Shown: piece by piece, positions 57,596-64,000 of the stretch
How positions within the stretch are numbered: the stretch's first letter is position 1
How the letters are laid out: each line of letters opens with the position of its first letter
Source: Planctomycetota bacterium
GTDB taxonomy: Bacteria; Planctomycetota; B15-G4
NCBI GenBank assembly: GCA_029259695.1
Contig: JAJDEQ010000062.1
Coordinates: forward strand, 4,620 to 68,619
Direction of reading: 5' to 3'
Length of the DNA: 64,000 nt
The notes under the pieces: generated by a model
Told to the model about the DNA's origin: nothing
Databases searched by the model: none
The model's input: only the letters and a program-made list of their open reading frames with translations
Made by a program: the position numbers and the translations under genes

Positions 57596-60500
57596 ATGCT
57601 GTCACCCGCGATGCCCGTCTCCCGACGCCCGCTGCTCGGGCTCGGCTGCGCGATCGGCGCCCTGTTGCTCGCGCTGGCCACGGACGCCGGTGCCCAGGCC
57701 CGACCCGAGCGGGGCCTGCGCCACGTCGATCCGCGCTGGCACGCGCTGACCGATGCCACCGTGGTCGTGCGGCCCGGAGAGGTCCTGGAGCAGGCCACGG
57801 TCGTCGTGCGCGACGGTGTGATCGTCGCCGTGGGCACGGATGTCGTCGCACCGGACGGCGCGCGCATCTGGGACTGCACCGGGCTGACGATCTACGCGGG
57901 CCTGGTCGAGGCGTACCTCGAGGTCGACGCCCCCGAACCGGACCCGGAACTGCCGGGACGTCACTGGAACAACCTCGTCGTCCCGCAACGCTCGGCACTC
58001 GACGGCGAAGGGGCCTCCGCGAAGTTGCGCAAGGAACTGCGCAAGCTCGGTTTCACCGCGGCCGCGATCAGCCCGGCGGGCGGTCTCTTCCGCGGCAAGG
58101 GAGCGGTCGTGGCCCTGTCCGACGGTGTGGACGCGGTCCACGGAGCGACGGCCGAGGTGCTCGTCCGCGACGTCTACCAGACCGGTGGCTTCGACACCCA
58201 GGCGTTCAACTGGGGCTCCAACTCGAGTGGTGCGCGTTACCCCACCTCGGAGATGGGGGCGATCGCGCTCATGCGTCAGACGCTGGCCGACGCGGACTGG
58301 CACGCCGCCTGCGAAGCGGTGTACGCGGCCCATCCCACCCGGCACGAACCGCCGGTGCCGGACGACGCGTTGTCGGCCCTGGCGCGCGGCGGCGCCGCGT
58401 TGCTGTTCGACGCGCGCAACGAGTTGCAGGCACTGCGCGCGATCGACATCGCGGGTGAGTTCAAGCGCCCGCTCGTGCTCCTGGGCAGCGGGACCTCCTT
58501 CCGCCGACTGGATGCGATTGCTGCTGCTGACGTGACCGTCGTGGCGCCGGTGGACTTCCCCGAGGCACCCAAGGTCGCCACGCTCGCCGAAGCCGAACGG
58601 GTCAGCCTGCGCGCCCTGATGACCTGGGAACAGGCGCCCACCAACCCGCGGCGCCTGGCCGCAGCCGGTGTGGACGTGGTGCTCACGACGCACCGCCTGG
58701 AGAAGCGCGCGGACTTCCACGGGAAGCTGCGCAAGGCGATCGAGCACGGGCTGGACGCCGATGCCGCCCTGGCCATGGTCACCACCCGGCCCGCCGCCAT
58801 GCTGGGTCTCGACGACCGCCTGGGCCAGGTCGCGCCCGGGATGCTGGCCCACCTGGTCGTGGTGGACGGTGAGCTGTTCGACGAGGAGAGCGAGATTCGC
58901 GACGTGTGGGTGGGGGGACGGCGCTACGAGATCAAGGCCGGGTCGGGCGCGGACCACGACGGGGCCTGGACCATCTCCGTCTCGCGGCTCGGCACGCAGC
59001 TGGACGTCGAGACCACGCTGACCATCGACGCCGGCAAGACGATCTCGTTCGAAGCGCGCGACGACGCGGCCAAGGCGCGCCAGGTGAAGCTGGGCGAACA
59101 GGAGATCAGCTTCCTGCTCGACGGCGAGGACCTGGGTGAGCAGGGCGTGTTCGCCTTCTCCGGAGTGATCGAGGGCGACAGCATGTCGGGACTCGTGTTC
59201 GGCACGCACGGACGTTGGGGTTGGAGTGCGGTCCGTCAGCCCGCCGAACCCGCTGACGACGAGCCGACCGACGAGCCGGACGACGACGGGGACGACGACG
59301 GGGACGGCGAAACGGAGTCGTCGGACGTCCCCGGCGAGTTGGTCACGCCGCTCGGCGCCTACGGCCAGAGCGCCATGCCGCCCCAGGAGAGCGTGCTGAT
59401 CGAGCACGCCACCGTGTGGACGGCGAGCGACGCGGGCATCATCGAGGACGGCGCCGTGCTCGTGCGGGACGGCAAGATCGCGTACGTCGGCCCCAGCCGG
59501 GGGGCGTTGCACGCCCGCGCGGATCGCGTCATCGACGGCAGCGGCATGCACGTCACGCCCGGCCTGATCGACTGCCACAGCCACACCGGCATGAGCGCGG
59601 TGAACGAGGCGGGCCAACGGGTCACCGCCGAAGTGCGCGCGCGCGACGTGATCGATCCGGACGACATCAACTGGTACCGGCAACTGGCGGGGGGGCTCAC
59701 CGCCGCCAACCAGCTGCACGGTTCGGCCAACGCCGTCGGCGGCCAGAACTCGGTCGTCAAGCTGCGCTGGGGTGCCCGTCATCCGCGTGACATGCTGCTG
59801 GACGGAGCGCCCGAGGGGATCAAGTTCGCCCTCGGCGAGAACCCCAAGCGGGTCGCGGCGAACATGAACGTCTCCGACGAGTACCCGCAGACGCGCATGG
59901 GCGTGGCCACGCTGATCCGCGACCGCCTCAGCGCCGGCCGGGACTACGCGGCCGAATGGGCTCGCTACGAGCAGCTCCGCCCGGCCGAGATGGCCGCCGT
60001 GATGCCGCCCCGACGCGACCTGGAACTCGAGGCCATGGGTGAGATCGTGGACGGCACGCGGCTGATCCACAGCCACAGCTACCGCCAGGACGAGATCCTG
60101 AGCCTGTGCCGCATCGCCCAGGAGTTCGGGGTCACGATCGGCACCTTCCAGCACGTGCTCGAGGGCTACAAGGTGGCCGAGACGATTGCCGAGACCGCGC
60201 TCGGGGGCTCGACCTTCTCCGACTGGTGGGCCTACAAGTTCGAGGTCATCGACGCGATCCCGTTCAACGCGGCGATCATGCAGGAGGTCGGCGTCACCGT
60301 CTCGATCAACTCCGATTCTTCCGAGCACGCCCGTCGGCTCAACACCGAGGCGGCCAAGTCGGTGAAGTACGGCGGGATGGCGCCGCACGACGCGCTCAAG
60401 CTGGTCACGCTCAACCCCGCCATCCAACTCGCCGTCGCCGACCGGATCGGCTCGCTCGAGGACGGCAAGGATGGCGACGTGGTGCTGTGGTCGGGTTCGC

Positions 60501-60862
60501 CGCTGAGCTACACCAGTCGCTGCGAGGCGACCTTCGTGGACGGGCGGCAACTCTTCTCCCGGGAACGTGATCGTGAACTGCGCGACGCCGCCGCGGCCGA
60601 GCGTTCGCGCATCATCCAGAAGCTGATCGCGAACAAGAAGTCCAAGAAGTCCAAGGACGACGAGGCCGCAGACGCCGCTGTCGCGTCCGGCGACCCCGAG
60701 GATGCCGACCAGCCCCTGGCCGGGCGCGACCGCTGGAGCGACATGGAGTGGTCGTCCGGTGCGATGGATCCCGGCGATTGCGGTTGCGACGTCCTGTTCC
60801 AGGGGGCCGGCTCCGCGGGCACAGGCCGGACCGACGCCCACGACCACGCCTCCGACCGCTGA
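57596..60862 (+). CDS. Secreted tandem amidohydrolase-domain protein
   Basis: Signal peptide (AGA-Q); first domain lacks HxH; second has PGLIDCHSH, HSHSYR, FQHVLEG, SINSD, GSLEDGKDGD. Confidence 0.85.
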   Translation: MLSPAMPVSRRPLLGLGCAIGALLLALATDAGAQARPERGLRHVDPRWHALTDATVVVRPGEVLEQATVVVRDGVIVAVGTDVVAPDGARIWDCTGLTIYAGLVEAYLEVDAPEPDPELPGRHWNNLVVPQRSALDGEGASAKLRKELRKLGFTAAAISPAGGLFRGKGAVVALSDGVDAVHGATAEVLVRDVYQTGGFDTQAFNWGSNSSGARYPTSEMGAIALMRQTLADADWHAACEAVYAAHPTRHEPPVPDDALSALARGGAALLFDARNELQALRAIDIAGEFKRPLVLLGSGTSFRRLDAIAAADVTVVAPVDFPEAPKVATLAEAERVSLRALMTWEQAPTNPRRLAAAGVDVVLTTHRLEKRADFHGKLRKAIEHGLDADAALAMVTTRPAAMLGLDDRLGQVAPGMLAHLVVVDGELFDEESEIRDVWVGGRRYEIKAGSGADHDGAWTISVSRLGTQLDVETTLTIDAGKTISFEARDDAAKARQVKLGEQEISFLLDGEDLGEQGVFAFSGVIEGDSMSGLVFGTHGRWGWSAVRQPAEPADDEPTDEPDDDGDDDGDGETESSDVPGELVTPLGAYGQSAMPPQESVLIEHATVWTASDAGIIEDGAVLVRDGKIAYVGPSRGALHARADRVIDGSGMHVTPGLIDCHSHTGMSAVNEAGQRVTAEVRARDVIDPDDINWYRQLAGGLTAANQLHGSANAVGGQNSVVKLRWGARHPRDMLLDGAPEGIKFALGENPKRVAANMNVSDEYPQTRMGVATLIRDRLSAGRDYAAEWARYEQLRPAEMAAVMPPRRDLELEAMGEIVDGTRLIHSHSYRQDEILSLCRIAQEFGVTIGTFQHVLEGYKVAETIAETALGGSTFSDWWAYKFEVIDAIPFNAAIMQEVGVTVSINSDSSEHARRLNTEAAKSVKYGGMAPHDALKLVTLNPAIQLAVADRIGSLEDGKDGDVVLWSGSPLSYTSRCEATFVDGRQLFSRERDRELRDAAAAERSRIIQKLIANKKSKKSKDDEAADAAVASGDPEDADQPLAGRDRWSDMEWSSGAMDPGDCGCDVLFQGAGSAGTGRTDAHDHASDR

Positions 60863-60886
60863 ACCGAGACCGGGAACCAAGAGACC

Positions 60887-62203
60887 ATGAAGCACGACAT
60901 CACGCTGTTCCTGATCGCGGCCGTGGCACTGACGGCGGCCTCCCTCGGGGCCCAGGACCTGCTGCCCAAGGCAGCACCTCAGCAGGGGCCGATCGCCGTC
61001 GTCGGCGGCACGATCCACACCGTCTCCAACGGCACGCTCGAGAACGGCACGTTGCTGTTCGAAGGGGGCGTGATCACGGCCGTGCTGCCGGGCGCCATGG
61101 ACACCGCGGCGCTCCCGGCGGGGACCGAGGTGATCGATGCCCGCGACAAGCACCTGTTCCCGGGCTTCGTCTGTGCCGCATCGATCCTGGGTCTGACGGA
61201 GGTGGGCGCGGTCGACATGACCCTCGACCACAACGAGGCCGGGAGCTTCACGCCCGAGGTGGTGGCGGCCGTGGCCGTCAACCCCGACTCGTGGCTGATC
61301 CCGGTCACGCGTCGCAACGGCGTGCTCACCTGCGGCGTCATGCCCACCGGCGGGCGAGTCTCGGGGCGCGCGTCGGTGCTGCAGCTCGACGGCTGGACCA
61401 CCGAGCAGATGGCGGTGGAGTGGGACGCGGGCCTGGTCGTGTCGTGGCCGCGTATCCGCCAGCCCGGTGACGACGACAAGACGACGCTGACCGAACAACT
61501 GCAACCGCTCGACGACCTGTTCGACGGGGCGGCGGCCTACCTGGCGGCGCGGCGACACGACCCGGATCTGCCCACCGACCTGCGCTACGAAGCCATGTCC
61601 ACCGTGCTCGCCGGCGAGCGCCCGCTGTTCATCAACGCCTCACGTGTGCGCCAGATCGAGACGGCGGTGCTGTGGGCCGTCGAGCGCGAGATGCGTCCCG
61701 TGATCATCGGTGGCCACGGCGCGGCCGCTTGCCTCGACCTGCTGCGCCGGCACGACGTGGGAGTGGCGGTGACGTCCGCGCACCGGCTGCCCTCGCGCCG
61801 CGACCTCTCGTTCGCCGAACCGTACGAGCTGCCGGGCCTGCTCGAGCAGGCGGGCGTGCGCTGGTGCCTCTCGATGTCGACCTACGGCACGTCCAATGCG
61901 CGCAACCTGCCGTACGAGGCGGCGGCCTGCATCGGGTACGGGCTGGCCCCCGACGTCGCGCTGCGTTCGGTCACGCTGGCCGCCGCCGAGGTGCTCGGCG
62001 TGGACGATCGCCTCGGGTCGCTGGACGCCGGCAAGCTGGCGACGTTCTTCGTGGCCGACGGCGATCCGTTCGAACTGTCGACCACGATCGAGCGGGCCTA
62101 CATCGGCGGTCGCGCCATCGCCTTGCGGGACAAGCAGACCGAACTCGACGCCAAGTACCGTGAGAAGTACCGGCAGCTCGGCTTGATCTCCGGCACGCGT
62201 TGA
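60887..62203 (+). CDS. Secreted amidohydrolase-family protein (metal ligands degenerate)
   Basis: Signal peptide; HLFPGFV (no HxH), GSLDAGKLAT..GDPF. Confidence 0.82.
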   Translation: MKHDITLFLIAAVALTAASLGAQDLLPKAAPQQGPIAVVGGTIHTVSNGTLENGTLLFEGGVITAVLPGAMDTAALPAGTEVIDARDKHLFPGFVCAASILGLTEVGAVDMTLDHNEAGSFTPEVVAAVAVNPDSWLIPVTRRNGVLTCGVMPTGGRVSGRASVLQLDGWTTEQMAVEWDAGLVVSWPRIRQPGDDDKTTLTEQLQPLDDLFDGAAAYLAARRHDPDLPTDLRYEAMSTVLAGERPLFINASRVRQIETAVLWAVEREMRPVIIGGHGAAACLDLLRRHDVGVAVTSAHRLPSRRDLSFAEPYELPGLLEQAGVRWCLSMSTYGTSNARNLPYEAAACIGYGLAPDVALRSVTLAAAEVLGVDDRLGSLDAGKLATFFVADGDPFELSTTIERAYIGGRAIALRDKQTELDAKYREKYRQLGLISGTR

Positions 62204-62460
62204 CGCCGGTCGGGCGGCGTTCCCGGCGGACGGAGACGCGCACGACCGCGACCGGCGGCGAATCAAGTCGCCCGTCGGGTGGCGCCTGCGACACAATCAC
62301 TCGGAAATCACTTTGCGTCGCTCCGAGCGTCTGTTAACAATGCTGCGCTGAATCAGGCGGGTGAGTTTCCCCGCGTGCCGGACGAACGCATTCGTTCGCC
62401 GGCCGCCGAGCGGCCCCACGGGGCCCATCCTCCTGTTTCGAGCAGAATCCCCCCGTGCGC

Positions 62461-62482
62461 CCCGTCCTCGATCGAGGACGGG
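62461..62482. repeat. Perfect 22-bp palindrome in the 5' region of 62532..62945
   Basis: CCCGTCCTCGATCGAGGACGGG followed by TTTGCT. Confidence 0.85.
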
Positions 62483-62531
62483 TTTGCTCTCGAGGCGATC
62501 ACCGCGCCCGGTCTCGACGAAAGGACTCCAC

Positions 62532-62945
62532 ATGAACCTGAAGGCAATCGACACCCAGACCCTCGCCGCTGAGTTGCGGCGGCGTGAGAAGAGTCAGAAG
62601 AAGCTTCTCAACAAGCGCACGCGACTGCTCAAGGAACTGGCCGAAGTGGAAGCGGAGCTGGCCGCCTTCGGGAGTCTGCCCAGCGCCGGTCGCTCAGTCG
62701 CCGTGGGTCGCACGGCCACCGGCACGCCTCGACGCCGGGCACAGAACGACGTGACCCTGGGCGACGCCCTGGCCCAGGCCATGGAGATCCGCGCCATCGT
62801 GACGCCCAGCGAGGCTGCCAAGCTGGTCATGGCCAACGGCTACAAGACGACCTCGAAGAACTTCGCCATGATGGTCAGCAACACGCTGGCGAAGGACAAG
62901 CGCTTCAAGCGCATCTCACGTGGCCAGTACGAGCGCATCGGCTGA
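62532..62945 (+). CDS. Small basic protein: coiled coil, basic linker and probable winged-helix DNA-binding domain
   Basis: AAGGA SD; heptad-like N-terminus; TPRRRAQN linker; TLGDAL..AM..TPSEAA..V...GYKTTSKNF..MVSNTL..DKRFKRISRGQY. Confidence 0.75.
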   Translation: MNLKAIDTQTLAAELRRREKSQKKLLNKRTRLLKELAEVEAELAAFGSLPSAGRSVAVGRTATGTPRRRAQNDVTLGDALAQAMEIRAIVTPSEAAKLVMANGYKTTSKNFAMMVSNTLAKDKRFKRISRGQYERIG

Positions 62946-63068
62946 GGCCCCCGGGCGGCGCCCCGGCCGGCAGGCCGCTCCGGCCCCGCGGCCAGGGAGT
63001 CGCCGCTGTGCCTCGCGACGATCTCCGGTCCCGACGCCCGCCCCCTCGACACAGGATCCACGCGACCG

Positions 63069-63683
63069 ATGGTGAAGCTGAATCGGATCTACACACGCTC
63101 GGGTGACGCGGGCGACACGAGTCTGGGCGACGGCGCGCGCGTGCCCAAGTGCGACGAACGCATCGAGGCCTACGGCACGGTCGACGAGTTGAACGCCGTG
63201 CTCGGTTCCTGCGTCGACGCGTGCGAGCAAGCCTCCGGCCCGGCCCGCGTGGACGCGGAGCGCCTGCGGCAACTGCAGAACGATCTGTTCGACGTGGGCG
63301 CCGACCTCTGCGTGCCCCTGGTCGAAGCGGCGGAGCAGGACGAGGTGCCGCGCATCCGCATCAGCGCGCGGCGCACCGAACGCATCGAACGCTGGATCGA
63401 CGAGGTCAACGAACCGCTCCCCCCGCTGACCAGCTTCATCCTTCCCGGTGGCAACGCCATCGTCTCGTCGCTGCACCTCGCGCGCACCGTGTGCCGGCGG
63501 GCCGAGCGACGGGTCTACGCGCTGTCGCGTGTCGACTCCGCTGTGAACCCGGAGTGCGGCGTATTCCTCAACCGTCTCTCGGACCTGTTCTTCGTCCTGG
63601 CCCGGGCGGCCTCGGAGGGCCGCGAGCGACTCTGGGAGCCGACGCTCGACGAGCCGCCGAGCGACGCGGGCGGGCCGGCATGA
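63069..63683 (+). CDS. pduO: ATP:cob(I)alamin adenosyltransferase (PduO type)
   Basis: IYTRSGDAGDT, YGTVDELN, QNDLFDVGADL, FILPGG, RTVCRRAER, NRLSDLFFVLAR. Confidence 0.93.
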   Translation: MVKLNRIYTRSGDAGDTSLGDGARVPKCDERIEAYGTVDELNAVLGSCVDACEQASGPARVDAERLRQLQNDLFDVGADLCVPLVEAAEQDEVPRIRISARRTERIERWIDEVNEPLPPLTSFILPGGNAIVSSLHLARTVCRRAERRVYALSRVDSAVNPECGVFLNRLSDLFFVLARAASEGRERLWEPTLDEPPSDAGGPA

Positions 63684-64000
63684 GCGGCCTGGTGGCGGGA
63701 GCGTTGTTCGGGGCTCTGGGCGTGGGCGCGGGCGCCTTCGGCGCGCACGCACTGGCCGACCGGCTCGAACCGGACCGGCTGGAGGTCTTCCAGGTCGCCG
63801 TGCGTTACCAGATGTACCACGCGCTGGCGCTGCTGCTCGTGGGCTACGCCACGCGACAGGGCTGGGTGGGACTGCGCACCACCGAGCTGCTGTGGATCGG
63901 CGGAGTGGTGTTGTTCAGCGGCTCGCTGTACGGGCTCGCGCTCGGTGGACCGCGCTGGCTCGGCCCGGTCACACCGCTCGGCGGCACGCTGCTGATCGCC
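63680..64000 (+). CDS. DUF423 (YgdD/TMEM256) membrane protein, truncated by window end
   Basis: Own translation from ATG 63680: GAFGAHAL..YQMYHALALL..LFSGSLY..LGPVTPLGG. Confidence 0.88.
   Translation, partial: MSGLVAGALFGALGVGAGAFGAHALADRLEPDRLEVFQVAVRYQMYHALALLLVGYATRQGWVGLRTTELLWIGGVVLFSGSLYGLALGGPRWLGPVTPLGGTLLIA

Noticed and set aside
57602-61558. 1318-aa minus-strand ORF
   Set aside because: Mirror frame of the amidohydrolase genes; no recognisable domain
62204-63068. Cobalamin riboswitch upstream of pduO
   Set aside because: No recognisable B12-box or conserved core found by eye; an Rfam scan would settle it

Overview
High-GC (roughly 70% by eye), densely coding bacterial chromosomal segment. 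It is most likely from a Planctomycetota member, inferred from the CRTAC1/ASPIC and TPR lipoproteins, Sua5-LMW-phosphatase fusion, DsbH-like thioredoxin and T2SS pseudopilins. I call 56 CDSs (two truncated by the window edges) and tRNA-Asn(GTT), and see no mobile element, CRISPR array or rRNA. In order: an envelope-modification operon (2 radical SAM enzymes, GT9, GT-C/TPR, CRTAC1, TPR); central metabolism (icd, pyk, dcd, sucCD); tatA-mobA-polyprenyl synthase-rhomboid-secreted protein-serS; a partial type II secretion cluster (gspDEFGHIJ); EIIA and an extended rpsU; a tsaC-YwlE-like fusion divergent from a sensor-less histidine kinase, sigma54 activator, dnaK and a Gld-like ABC system; purN/yggU/yggS; tilS; gap-pgk-rpe-accD; tRNA-Asn; USP, thioredoxin, hydrolase and glycosyltransferases; two secreted amidohydrolases; a candidate nucleoid-associated protein; pduO and DUF423. 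The most notable inferred system is a candidate sigma54/two-component proteostasis module: two palindromic activator boxes and a -24/-12-like promoter precede dnaK, and a probable phospho-arginine phosphatase fused to TsaC sits divergently. Also notable are several apparently leaderless genes and a Rok/H-NS-like small basic protein with a structured leader. No database searches were run; family calls rest on motifs visible in the translations.
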